This document shows positions 31,880 through 42,404 of a DNA stretch of 64,000 nt, one piece after another (the first letter of the stretch is position 1; each line of letters begins with the position of its first letter). Under the pieces are notes generated by a model that did no database searches, was not told the origin of the DNA, and saw only the letters and a list, made by a program, of their open reading frames with translations. Where the stretch lies: positions 32,001 to 96,000 of the forward strand of contig OY781066.1 of NCBI GenBank assembly GCA_963676395.1, read 5' to 3'. A program made the translations under genes and the position numbers. Source of the stretch: a bacterium. GTDB lineage: Bacteria; Fidelibacterota; Fidelibacteria; Fidelibacterales; Fidelibacteraceae.

Positions 31880-32620
31880 CTATGAGTAAGAGTGCAAACC
31901 ACTCAATAAATATGTTACTCCAAAATATGTAAATAATACCGTTAGAGCCGTAATTAGCACGATCCATGACTGAGTTTTTCTATCTACTTTATAAAAATAC
32001 AATGATAAAACCAGAATATTTATCAAAGCCCATGTTTCTTTAGGATCCCATGACCAGAAATTCCCCCAACTTAATTGCCCCCATATTGCTCCCGTAAACA
32101 TCCCAATAGCAAGAAAGACAAACGTCAAGGATACATCTATATCCATTTGCCTATCATAATTATAAATGCTTTTCTTGCTGAAAATATGGATCATTGCCAT
32201 CGAAGAGGCGGAAAATAACGAAACATAAGCAAATAAATATGATGGAACATGAATATACATCCAAAATGAGTTCAAGGCAGGCATAACCGGGCTAATAGCC
32301 CGACTCTCAGGACTAAGCAGAGCTAACACTACGATCATAAGAAACACAATAGCTCTTTGAATATTTGCTATCAACTCACTCTTAACACGCTGAAAAATCA
32401 AGAACTTCACTTGGAGTAAAAATGATAAAAGTAATAAGGTCTCATACATATTGGTGAACGGTGGATGATTTGCGTTCACAGAGCGGATGATCAATACTGC
32501 CAAATGGATCAAAGATCCAAATATCTGCAATGCTGAGGCTCCCACCCTTTTACCGAATAAAGATAAAAGATTGCTCACAGCATAAATAATCAACAGGATC
32601 AATAAAAGTATATATTCCAT
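31880..32620 (-). CDS. ccsA: Cytochrome c biogenesis protein, System II heme-handling subunit
   Basis: WWD motif WGNFWSWDPKETW, IHV and C-terminal GLHSY. Confidence 0.92.
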   Translation of the reverse strand: MEYILLLILLIIYAVSNLLSLFGKRVGASALQIFGSLIHLAVLIIRSVNANHPPFTNMYETLLLLSFLLQVKFLIFQRVKSELIANIQRAIVFLMIVVLALLSPESRAISPVMPALNSFWMYIHVPSYLFAYVSLFSASSMAMIHIFSKKSIYNYDRQMDIDVSLTFVFLAIGMFTGAIWGQLSWGNFWSWDPKETWALINILVLSLYFYKVDRKTQSWIVLITALTVLFTYFGVTYLLSGLHSYS

Positions 32621-33390
32621 TAAAGCACCTTAAATCTGATAAATATTAGCATCATAATGCTAAAAATACCTAGAACAAACATAAATCCATGTCCTTTTAC
32701 TTCCACATACTCAATGACACTTGCTTCCCTAAATTCTGAGGGCAAAATAAATATCTTCTGAGAAGTGTCTGCGATAGAGATTAAATGCAAATCCCGGTCA
32801 ATAGATACGGCAATTTTCCCAAACAACTCATCGTATTCAAGAAACTTTATAATTTGTCCGCCTAACTGCTTAGATTGTCCGTTAAAAAGTTTAACAGTAT
32901 CATTTTGGGTGCAGAATACAAAAGATTGTACTGTTTTATATCCACTCTGATAAAATCGACTTCTTTTATATGAAATCGGATGATTAACCGACAATTTTGT
33001 TTCTTTACCATTTATAATCACATTCGAAACATAATCCATTGAGACATTTTCATTATCAGCATCAATTATTGTAAAATCTTCGAGTGTAAATGTAATGCTA
33101 TCACCATCAGCAATTAGTTCATAACTTTCACCTTCTGCAAAGACATAGCTTTCCCTAACATTGGATATCTTGATCATCACAAAAGAAATAACCAATATCG
33201 CCAGCAATAGATGTAATATTTTGATAAAAATATCCGGAATAATAAATATTGAAAGAATAAGGAACAATGCAAATAAGAGATAAATACCCATAAATAATTT
33301 TGAGCTTAACCATTCCGGATGAACAATACTTGCTAAGGCAAGTGCAAGCACCAGCAATATTACCATGGTCTTATTGACTTTTTGCATCAT
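32620..33390 (-). CDS. Compact ResB/CcsB-like cytochrome c biogenesis protein
   Basis: Three N-terminal TMs with His, 'VNHPISY...FYQSGY', C-terminal TM; coupled to ccsA. Confidence 0.7.
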   Translation of the reverse strand: MMQKVNKTMVILLVLALALASIVHPEWLSSKLFMGIYLLFALFLILSIFIIPDIFIKILHLLLAILVISFVMIKISNVRESYVFAEGESYELIADGDSITFTLEDFTIIDADNENVSMDYVSNVIINGKETKLSVNHPISYKRSRFYQSGYKTVQSFVFCTQNDTVKLFNGQSKQLGGQIIKFLEYDELFGKIAVSIDRDLHLISIADTSQKIFILPSEFREASVIEYVEVKGHGFMFVLGIFSIMMLIFIRFKVL

Positions 33391-33391
33391 C

Positions 33392-33910
33392 CTACCACTC
33401 CGATGTCAATTCGATCAGGACTTTATCAGCCATCTTATCTATTAACAACTCCAAAGCTTGCTCTCTATTCATCTGATCACCAGCAGATAATGAGCTGTTA
33501 AATGAATCACTATAGTAAATAACATATTCACTGAGGGTTGTGCTCATCATATCTACGTCATTCACAGTATCATACCATCTAAAATCCACACTCATTGTCA
33601 ACTTATACTCTTTTACAACAACGCTTTCATCATAACTATGGACTACATCTTTTAAGCTCTTAATTTTTGTATAAATAATCGAATTGGCTAAACTCGCATC
33701 CATCAAAGGCAATAAGTTTTCCAACTCCATTTTTTTTATTTGTATCTCCGTAAATTCCTGCCCGAGATTAAATTCAGGCGTATTATTCACAGTTTCATTA
33801 ATTGCGATACTCTTTATATGAGGAGGGATCGTTCCCGGCCTCGTGGAGTACATCCAAAAGCATCCATTCAAAAGAATAAATAAGCTTATAAATATGATAT
33901 TTTTTTTCAT
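33392..33910 (-). CDS. lptE: LptE-like lipoprotein
   Basis: Lipobox LNGC; 'IPPHIKSIAI...N.T.E', terminal W typical of FCB LptE. Confidence 0.7.
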   Translation of the reverse strand: MKKNIIFISLFILLNGCFWMYSTRPGTIPPHIKSIAINETVNNTPEFNLGQEFTEIQIKKMELENLLPLMDASLANSIIYTKIKSLKDVVHSYDESVVVKEYKLTMSVDFRWYDTVNDVDMMSTTLSEYVIYYSDSFNSSLSAGDQMNREQALELLIDKMADKVLIELTSEW

Positions 33911-34680
33911 TTGATATCCAATTCTATCCCAACGGGACAATGGTCAGAGCCAAAAACCCGATCTAAAATAAATGCATCTTTTACTTTATCTTTCAACTCA
34001 GGACTAACATAAAAATAATCGATCCTCCACCCAACATTATTTGCACGGGCATTTGCACGATACGACCACCATGAGTATCTATCTACCTCATCAGGATGGA
34101 TCAATCGAAATGTATCAATATAGCCGGTTTCTTCGAATCTATCCATCCATGCACGCTCAATGGGTAAAAATCCTGAAGTTTTTTCATTTTGCTTGGGGCG
34201 AGCCAGATCTATGGAATGATGTGCCGTATTATAATCGCCGCATATTACAAGCCCCTTCCCTTTTTCTTTTCTGATTTTTTCAAAATATTCTAAACAAAAA
34301 TCATAAAAATCCAATTTATACTTTAAGCGAATCTCATCTTTTTGTCCATTGGGGAAATAGATATTAAATAAAATAAACTCTTCAAATTCCAACATAATAA
34401 CACGACCTTCATTGTCATTCCAGCCATAGCTAAATCCGTGCTCGACGCTCAGTGGAGAAACTTTTGAATACACACCAACGCCACTATATCCTTTTCGCTC
34501 TGCAGAATAGAAATAACTCTCGAACCCCGGTATATTTTTATGAGAATCTTCAAGTTGATCTAACTGTATTTTTGTTTCCTGTATACCGATGATATCGCAT
34601 GACATATCGGTTACAATATCTGTAAAACCTTTCTTTATTACAGCCCTTAAACCGTTTACATTCCATGATATTAATTTCAT
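33907..34680 (-). CDS. xth: Exodeoxyribonuclease III
   Basis: SWNVNGLRA, QETK, GDYN, GWRIDY, SDHCP. Confidence 0.96.
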   Translation of the reverse strand: MKLISWNVNGLRAVIKKGFTDIVTDMSCDIIGIQETKIQLDQLEDSHKNIPGFESYFYSAERKGYSGVGVYSKVSPLSVEHGFSYGWNDNEGRVIMLEFEEFILFNIYFPNGQKDEIRLKYKLDFYDFCLEYFEKIRKEKGKGLVICGDYNTAHHSIDLARPKQNEKTSGFLPIERAWMDRFEETGYIDTFRLIHPDEVDRYSWWSYRANARANNVGWRIDYFYVSPELKDKVKDAFILDRVFGSDHCPVGIELDIK

Positions 34681-34780
34681 CTTGCCTCCAGACAAGTTTA
34701 TTATTATTGAGTGAAAAAATAAGAATTAATTTAAGGAATAACAAATAGAATACTTTACAGAAAATACCACATATAAAGAA

Positions 34781-34802
34781 AAACCTTCCAACTGGAAGGT
34801 TT
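34781..34802 (-). terminator. Terminator after rpmB
   Basis: AAACCTTCCA-AC-TGGAAGGTTT inverted repeat with T-tract on the minus strand. Confidence 0.65.
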
Positions 34803-34824
34803 AAACTTGTATGCGATAAAAAGC

Positions 34825-35013
34825 TTATGCTTTTTCGATCTTACCGGAGCGAATACAGGAGGTGCAAACCTTTACCCGTTTTACGCTTCCGTCGATACGC
34901 GCACGTACACGCTGCAAATTGGGTTCCCAACGACGGCGGGTGCGGTTGTTCGCATGACTTACATTGTTACCGTATTGCGGTTTCTTTCCACATATTTCAC
35001 AAACTTTTGCCAT
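34825..35013 (-). CDS. rpmB: 50S ribosomal protein L28
   Basis: [10 protein letters not shown]...GNNVSHA...RRWEPNLQ...CTSC. Confidence 0.97.
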   Translation of the reverse strand: MAKVCEICGKKPQYGNNVSHANNRTRRRWEPNLQRVRARIDGSVKRVKVCTSCIRSGKIEKA

Positions 35014-35144
35014 TGTTTCTCCTTCGCATTATCAAAAGCCTGCTAATATCTAACATTCTTTGAAAGAAATCAAGTTTTTTTTGTTAATAATAAATATAAT
35101 CAAGTCTAATTATTCATTTACAGTAATAAATCCGAGCTTATCGA

Positions 35145-35945
35145 TCAACATGAAAGCCCGTGTCCGGATATTTTCCACGCTCCATTGAGTCGTTCAAATT
35201 CATATCCCAGTAATTCCATAATCTGTCCATTTGGTGCCTGAATTGGCCCCAAGCCCATAGCGTAATCAAAGCTATCAAGAAGTAAGTATCCCTGCGTTGA
35301 AGCATTCTTGGGAAAAATAAAGGCATTATCTCTTAAATCTGATACGATCTCGTGCCTCCAAGAATATTGATAATGATTTTTTTCTTTATTAAAAGCAAAC
35401 TCAATCGTTTTACAATTGTACAATGGAGCTAAAACACCAAACACAAGATCGGAAACTGTTGTTATATCAAGTGGACAGTAAGCAGCACCGGGACGAAAAA
35501 GTCTAAATGCCTTTCCAATAGCTTGAGCGGCAAGTAATACTTTATATTGATCAAATGTATGCTTTGCATTTAAAGTCAGTGCAGTATCGTCTAACTTAAC
35601 ATAAGGCGGCTCAAAATATTTTAGTTTCTCACCTATTTTAACATTCTTGATATCATACTTTGACTCCTTACTAAAATTCAAATCAAAAGTTTTACCCTGA
35701 TATAAGCATGCCAAAAGTATTCGTAGATCCTCTTTTGGATTTAACATTGAGATCGATATCACACCATCAATAAAACATACAGATTCGCAATATTCGGCTA
35801 AAGCTTGATACGTCAAAAATTCATCTGTAAAATTCAAAGCAATTTTTTCAGGAAATTCGCGAGCGTGTTGTAACAATACTGTCGCAAAATTCGGGAAGGG
35901 AACCAATTTTTCCACAGTTGGTATTTTCAAATAATCCTTGATCAT
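35145..35945 (-). CDS. Degenerate AMP-binding (acyl-CoA ligase-like) protein
   Basis: N-terminus 'LLQHAREFPEKIAL...LTYQAL' resembles ANL enzymes, but only 266 aa and no TSGTTG loop. Confidence 0.5.
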   Translation of the reverse strand: MIKDYLKIPTVEKLVPFPNFATVLLQHAREFPEKIALNFTDEFLTYQALAEYCESVCFIDGVISISMLNPKEDLRILLACLYQGKTFDLNFSKESKYDIKNVKIGEKLKYFEPPYVKLDDTALTLNAKHTFDQYKVLLAAQAIGKAFRLFRPGAAYCPLDITTVSDLVFGVLAPLYNCKTIEFAFNKEKNHYQYSWRHEIVSDLRDNAFIFPKNASTQGYLLLDSFDYAMGLGPIQAPNGQIMELLGYEFERLNGAWKISGHGLSC

Positions 35946-36112
35946 TATATTATATCTTTCATTTTAAACATATGAATTGAAAAAAAGCTGTTCAGATATC
36001 TTATTTTATCCATAAAGCCAAAATTGTTATTAAATCACCATAAATTTGACAATTCATACAGCCATAATGCTAATTACTGTGCCATACATGATATAAACTC
36101 TATACCATAAGG

Positions 36113-37012
36113 CTAGTCTAGCAACATCTTAAATAACTTAATTCTATTATCTATTTGCTGTCTATCTAATGAAGCCAACTTATCTGTAGAAAACGATTCA
36201 ACCAGAAACGAGGCCATAACCGTAGCGTATACCATAGCTTCCTTATAATCTTCGAAACTCAATGCTTTTTTATTTAAACCGGCAAGATAGCCCATAAATC
36301 CACCCGCAAAAGAATCTCCGGCACCGGTAGGATCAACCAATTGTTCTTCAGGACAAATGGGATACAAAGCATGCTGATCGCCATGAAATAATTCTGCCCC
36401 GTATTTACCTTTTTTTGCAATGACTGTCTTTGGTCCCAAAGCTTGAATATATTTAACACCATCTGCCAGGGACATACCAGTCATCTGTACGATCTCTTCA
36501 TCATTTAAAATAATAATATCAACCTTTGAAATCGCCTCTATGAGTTGGTCTCGACTGATATCAATCCACAAATTCATAGAATCAAGGCCAACCAAGGGTT
36601 TATTATCCATCTGATCAAGTACCTTCAGCTGTAGTTCAGGATGAATATTTCCAAGAAATACAAAGGGTATATTTCTGTAATTTTGTGGTAGTTTGGGATT
36701 AAAATCTTCAAACACATTCAATTCAGTATAGAGAGTTTCCCTATTTTTCATATTTTCTTTATATTGCCCTCCCCAACGAAAGGTTTTTCCTTCAACGATC
36801 TCTAATCCTTGAAGATCAATATTACGCTTTTTAAATTCAATAATAGCGTCTGCGGGAAAATCATCACCCACTATCCCAACAATACTAACAGGTGTAAAAG
36901 GTTCAGCGGCAATTGAAAAAAATGTTGCGGAACCACCAACAGCATCATCTATTCGTCCATTGGGAGTAATAACCGTATCAAGCGCAATTGAACCTACAAT
37001 TAATAGTGACAT
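36113..37012 (-). CDS. PfkB-family sugar/nucleoside kinase
   Basis: GGSA, DPTGAGDSFAGG. Confidence 0.92.
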   Translation of the reverse strand: MSLLIVGSIALDTVITPNGRIDDAVGGSATFFSIAAEPFTPVSIVGIVGDDFPADAIIEFKKRNIDLQGLEIVEGKTFRWGGQYKENMKNRETLYTELNVFEDFNPKLPQNYRNIPFVFLGNIHPELQLKVLDQMDNKPLVGLDSMNLWIDISRDQLIEAISKVDIIILNDEEIVQMTGMSLADGVKYIQALGPKTVIAKKGKYGAELFHGDQHALYPICPEEQLVDPTGAGDSFAGGFMGYLAGLNKKALSFEDYKEAMVYATVMASFLVESFSTDKLASLDRQQIDNRIKLFKMLLD

Positions 37013-37019
37013 GTCTCTC

Positions 37020-39637
37020 CTATTTTATAAAAGTGCATTTATTCATCGCAATACCCGATGGTGTAATAAGTTTATACAAATACATTCCGGATGCAAGGTT
37101 TTTTGGTGACCATTTTACTTTATGATAACCTGCTTGTAATTCCCGCTCAATGGTATGATCTATCTTGCGCCCCTGTAGGTCGTAAAAATTAATTTTAATT
37201 AAACCTTCTTCTGGCAAGGCAAAATACACATTGGTGGATGGATTAAAAGGATTAGGATAATTTTGATATAATTTAAATTCTTCAGGGATGTCACTTTCGT
37301 TGATGGATGAAAGCAATTTTTCCTCGATCAAGGTAAATTTTATCGCATCAGCTCTCAGCACGATTCCACTTCCACCACCATTATCCTGGACTCGTACAGT
37401 AATTGAAGTATTTTTTGGTAAATCGTATTCACCAATTTCTTTCCATTCCGTTGAGGTGGAATTCTGGTCTCTAATAACCGTATCAATTGCTGTACCGTCA
37501 ACAATTATTATATAATTGGCATTTGTATAAGCATTACTGGATGAAGGTATAAGATAATCAAGCTTGTATGTACCACTGTAATTTAACTCAATATTAAAAT
37601 CTGCGTATTTATGGGTATTACCCGCATAGGTATAGCGACTAGTTTCTCCCCAGGCTTTTGCTGAGGATGTACTCCATGACCCACTTTCAAAATAAGCATT
37701 TGAATCTTCATTATCAACAATTTGATAATATGTATAAGAGCTGGCAAAAACAGGAATATATAATAATGAATTTTTAGGATCATTTGTTTTTATTGTTAAA
37801 ACATCGTTATACTCACAAAAGCTTTCTGAAGAATATTTAAGTTCAAGATCCACTGTTTGCATGGAGCCCAACACAAAAGGAGCTTGAATATTTAAACTGA
37901 TCTTTGACCCAAAAATATTACAATGAGTGATATTTACATCTTCTTTCCCATAATTACTAAGTTTAATATTTTGAATAGCTGTATCCCTTACAGATACATC
38001 ACCAAATGCAATCATTTCTCTATTGGCCTTGAAATGTTTATCTGCAATCAATGGACTAATCCTTAATACATCATACCCCATCTTTGTGCCAGGAGAAAGA
38101 TTTTCTAATATAATTGTATTTAAATCACCGCTTTTAAGTTCATGAAAACCGGCAAACTGCCATTTATCTCTTCCAGCCATTACTTCAGTATAATTCAGCG
38201 TATCAGTGTTGACAATAATTCTAGCAGAATTGCTATATGAGCCAGGAGAATGGAAATACAATGCATATTCTCGAGTCTCGCTTATAATTGGTCTGAGAAG
38301 AACCCGTCCGGTATCGTTCAATATTCTCGCATCTAGATTCCATAATTCACATTCTTGTTGATATTGAGACCAATCACCTTCAACTTCTTGGTATTCCGCA
38401 TCCTTATCATCAATATACATATCATCAGGCACATAGGATATTGATCTAATTGTTTGATTTGCGACAGAATCACAAACAGTGACTGAGATTTTTGCTATTT
38501 CATTCTCATTAAGGTCTTTGATCGTTTCCCACTGATTTTCGCCATTTACTATGCAATCCAGCCTCTCATATGTCTCATTAACATACTTGACAGCAACAAA
38601 AGGTTCTGCTTCTTGAAACACCGGACCATCAGTACTTATTCTAAACCGCAAACCTTTGGGTGAAGCAATCTCATTAATATGTAAAGAAGGAGCTATTGTA
38701 TCATGAGGTGCAAGCCATAAACGAAGCGCCTCGTTATCCTTGCAGTACATAAATTCCACATCATACTGTTGAGATAACTCGTGGGATATTCGATCAAGAG
38801 AATCAATACAGTCAAGAAAACCACTCTCAGGTAAATGCGACCATAAACATAACATTTGGTCTTTGCCGTTACCTGCTTCACGAAATACACTCTCTAATCC
38901 TGAGCGTAAAGCATTATCTATCGTATAACAAACAGATCTCACTCGCCATTGCTTCATACTCCCTTCTTCGCGATAATTTTCAGCAGAAGGATGAAAAGGT
39001 ACTGAGCCGTCACTAAGCGTTGACCAGCAATCAGACATATCGAAAGGAATAAATCGTTCCTGATAATCTTGCCAATCTTCATCCATATACATCCAACCAC
39101 TTCTAAAAGAAATAGGGAAAATATTATCTTCTATCAAAAAGGAACAAAGTGTTTTTTCATAATCATCCTGATTGATTACGAATTTTTCGGCCATTTCCCA
39201 GCTAAATATGCCGTCACCCTGAGGGTCGGACCAATTATATGTATGATAATGCAAAGTCAATTTATCATCCCATTTTTCAATGGCTTCATTATGATATTTA
39301 TTCATTAAGTATAGTGTTATATTTCTTCGTGATGGAATATTGCAATTATTGGACATTTCAAAAACATTACCCGCCATCATCCACCAGGTCATTTTAAAGG
39401 GTGTACCATAACTGTCCTTATAGGTATACCGAAATGTTGAGTCCATAACTCCGTATCCATGCCTTGTTGGATCGGTGTATAAACCCGATTTATAATAACG
39501 ATTATCATAAACGGAAGTACTTAAACCTTCCATATGGAAGTATCTGATCCAATAACAAGATAAACCTTAGCTTTCCCCTCTGCGAATACAAAAAATACTG
39601 ATGCAATAACAAGAAACAAAAGTATAGGTTTTTTCAT
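37020..39637 (-). pseudogene. Large secreted multidomain protein with PNPFNP C-terminal sorting domain, frameshifted near 39530
   Basis: Signal peptide ORF from 39637 (MKKPILLFLVIAS...GSDTSIW) joins the 837-aa ORF if one base is added; LHYH and SFRSGW motifs, golvesin/CBM-like 'IVDNED..SGSW' modules, 'LYQNYPNPFNPST'. Confidence 0.7.
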
Positions 39638-39641
39638 GATA

Positions 39642-40532
39642 TTATCTTTGCTTCATATCGTTGATCAACCATGGTAATATGACTTTATTTGGCGTATTAA
39701 ATTCCTTTTTAACACGCATGAATGCAATGCCGGCATACTTATCCCAACTACCTTTCCAAGCCAACCATTCATCGAATTTTGTTTCAAAAGTTGAGTAAGA
39801 TGTCGTAGAAGCTTCTCTAAAATAAAGTTCACCGTCTTTCCATACCATCATTAACATATGAGCTGAAAATATATTATCCTTTTTGGCAAACAACATAGCG
39901 ATGATATCACCGTCTTGAATATTCTCTTTTACTTTTGACATATGCTCCATGGGGACATAATCAAAGGTCATGATTCTGTCGGCTTTAACATAGCGCATAT
40001 CCTTCATTCCCTTGCCTTTAAAGAAATTTTCGTGGGAAATTGTTCTTGTCATACTTTTAGTATACTCCCCACCCACTTTAGCGGATACATCATCCAATAA
40101 CCATGAATTTTCAGGAAGCCAGTCGGCCATAGTATAATGATTTCTGGTTTTCATTCCGATCAAACCGTCTTTATAGCGAATCTGCTGTAAATTATTAAAA
40201 AAATTATCCCAAGAATCGGATATCGACAGCGCTAAAACATGCTCACAATAAACCATGCAATTTGTTTGTTGAAAATTAACTAAGGGATATGCTTCAAGCA
40301 GTGCATATGGTCCATCACCGGTTGCCGTCCAACTATAAGGAGTTCCAAGAAACATTTCAGAGTATAAATTGATCCTATCAGTGATACTTAGATCCTTATT
40401 TGCGTTTACCTTTAATATAGAATCTATTTCAGTATTTGTCATATTTCCAATTACTGCCGGTGAAGCCATTTCTTTTTCTGAGCAAGAAATCATTAATATT
40501 ATAATCGTTATGAGATATAGTCCTTTTTTCAT
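39642..40532 (-). CDS. DUF1460/AmiA-like NlpC/P60-related amidase lipoprotein
   Basis: Lipobox ISC; FLGTPY, NCMVYCEHVLAL, RNHY, SAH. Confidence 0.75.
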   Translation of the reverse strand: MKKGLYLITIIILMISCSEKEMASPAVIGNMTNTEIDSILKVNANKDLSITDRINLYSEMFLGTPYSWTATGDGPYALLEAYPLVNFQQTNCMVYCEHVLALSISDSWDNFFNNLQQIRYKDGLIGMKTRNHYTMADWLPENSWLLDDVSAKVGGEYTKSMTRTISHENFFKGKGMKDMRYVKADRIMTFDYVPMEHMSKVKENIQDGDIIAMLFAKKDNIFSAHMLMMVWKDGELYFREASTTSYSTFETKFDEWLAWKGSWDKYAGIAFMRVKKEFNTPNKVILPWLINDMKQR

Positions 40533-40540
40533 GATGACTC

Positions 40541-40894
40541 CTAGTAGTTAATTTCAACCTCAACTGTATCCAAAACACCTTTAATCGGTACAGATGGTTT
40601 ACGAACAATAACTGTTAAATTATTAATACCAATATATTTTGCTTTGATCGTTGAAGCAATATCTCCCGCTAAAGCTTCTATCAGATGCTTTTTCTTAGTG
40701 GTTACGATCCTTTCGATATCATGGTAGATTGCTTCATAATTGATCGTATCATTTAAATTATCGCTTTGTGCAGCTTTTTTTAAGTCCGCTGAAACGATTA
40801 AATCTACTTCGAAACGAGCACCAAGTATCTTTTCGCTTTCTTCTACACCATGATAACCGTAAAAGACCATGTTTTTTAATTTAATTTTGTCCAT
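40541..40894 (-). CDS. folB: Dihydroneopterin aldolase
   Basis: FYGYHGV..E, DTINY, LIEALA, VRKP. Confidence 0.95.
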   Translation of the reverse strand: MDKIKLKNMVFYGYHGVEESEKILGARFEVDLIVSADLKKAAQSDNLNDTINYEAIYHDIERIVTTKKKHLIEALAGDIASTIKAKYIGINNLTVIVRKPSVPIKGVLDTVEVEINY

Positions 40895-40946
40895 TTTATT
40901 TCCAATAATATTATTTTGCAAATTTCAACACATTAAGAGATATGTA

Positions 40947-41003
40947 CCTGTGGCCCAAAGGCCTCCGTTATTACGAACGACTCACAGTCGCTAGGATTAT
41001 CTC
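40947..41003 (-). ncRNA. Structured cis-regulatory RNA candidate, pan-motif-like, upstream of folB
   Basis: GC-rich island GATAATCCTAGCGACTGTGAGTCGTTCGTAATAACGGAGGCCTTTGGGCCACAG with several hairpins in an AT-rich spacer. Confidence 0.5.
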
Positions 41004-41024
41004 GTTTTTCTGGCATTCATGCCT

Positions 41025-41864
41025 TTATTGCGTCCATTTCAACTTATTTCTAACGATTGAAAAGAAATCATGCTTCTCGGAGCGAACCAATTTTACACGA
41101 TAATCCGCTTTCTTGATATAAATGGTCGTATTTTTGGTAATTGGGAGATCATGCTGTCCGTCAACCGTGATGGTACAGCCGTCATCAAGTTCTGTAAAGC
41201 ATATCTCAATACTGGAATCACCTGATACCAATGTAGGCCTATTTGATAACATATGAGGGCAGATTGGATTGATCACAATGACATTTATACCGGGACTAAC
41301 TATGGGTCCCCCGCTTGAAAGAGAATATGCAGTAGATCCCGTTGGCGATGCAACGATAAGACCATCAGATCTGAACTTATTCATATGCTTACCATCAACT
41401 TTCACTTCCATATTTATCAATTTCGATGAGCTTGAACGAAAAATCACTACATCATTTAGGGCAAACAAATTTGCTGACTTTCCGACTTCAGCCTCCAAGA
41501 CCATTCGTTCGTCAATTTTATAATTTCCTTTTAATATGGCGGCAAGTTCTTTTTTATATGTTTCACCGGATAGTTCAGCCAAAAACCCTAATCTACCAAA
41601 ACGAATTCCCAAAATTGGGACCTGCTTATCCCCCATTAATCTAGCAGCTCTAAGTATGGTACCATCACCGCCCAACACTACGAGAATCTCAATATTTTTA
41701 ACCATATCAAAAACAGAAACGCCATAAGGATACCCTGCAATCGCCGCAAATTCCGCTTCCACACAATAGTCTATTTTATTTAAGGTCAACCAATCTAAAA
41801 ATTCCTTGAAGAAAGGACTGATTTTATCGGAATAGATCTTATTTGCAATAATACCGACCTTCAT
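41025..41864 (-). CDS. nadK: NAD kinase
   Basis: GGDGT, GRLGFL, LND, SPTGSTAYSLS. Confidence 0.96.
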   Translation of the reverse strand: MKVGIIANKIYSDKISPFFKEFLDWLTLNKIDYCVEAEFAAIAGYPYGVSVFDMVKNIEILVVLGGDGTILRAARLMGDKQVPILGIRFGRLGFLAELSGETYKKELAAILKGNYKIDERMVLEAEVGKSANLFALNDVVIFRSSSSKLINMEVKVDGKHMNKFRSDGLIVASPTGSTAYSLSSGGPIVSPGINVIVINPICPHMLSNRPTLVSGDSSIEICFTELDDGCTITVDGQHDLPITKNTTIYIKKADYRVKLVRSEKHDFFSIVRNKLKWTQ

Positions 41865-41865
41865 C

Positions 41866-42339
41866 TTAAACCTCTTTTAATGATTTTTTCAAGAATGCAA
41901 TTGCATCACTGACATTTGTGGCTTGATAAGCACCTTCGATGGGCCATGAACCTATGCTTACTAAAGGTTTCTCATACTGAAGAGCATGACCTATTTCAGA
42001 CAATGTACCGTAACGACCACCTACGGCAACTGCAGCATGGCAGGCACATGCCAGGATTTCATTTCTTGCTAAACCGATACCGGTTGCAATGGGTATTGTA
42101 ACATAATTGTTGGCATCGGAATCATCTATTCCCGGAAGTATAGCAATCACGGTACCTCCCTGCTGATCGCAACCCTTACTAACGGCCTCCATAATACCAC
42201 CTCTTCCACCGCAAAGCAGTAACCAACCCTGTTTGGCGATTTCTTTCCCTAACTCTTCGGCAAGCGCATATTCCTCATCAGAAGCAAGTCTGCCACCAAA
42301 AACCGAAATCAATACAGATTTATGTGATTTTTTATCCAT
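41866..42339 (-). CDS. LOG-like Rossmann-fold protein (TIGR00725 family)
   Basis: CGGRGGIMEA, TGIGLARN, GGRYGTLSEI. Confidence 0.85.
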   Translation of the reverse strand: MDKKSHKSVLISVFGGRLASDEEYALAEELGKEIAKQGWLLLCGGRGGIMEAVSKGCDQQGGTVIAILPGIDDSDANNYVTIPIATGIGLARNEILACACHAAVAVGGRYGTLSEIGHALQYEKPLVSIGSWPIEGAYQATNVSDAIAFLKKSLKEV

Positions 42340-42404
42340 ATTTAAAGTTAAGAAAAATTTAGGGGGATGCAAAGTAGATATAAGTTAAGATCAAGACAGG
42401 ATAA

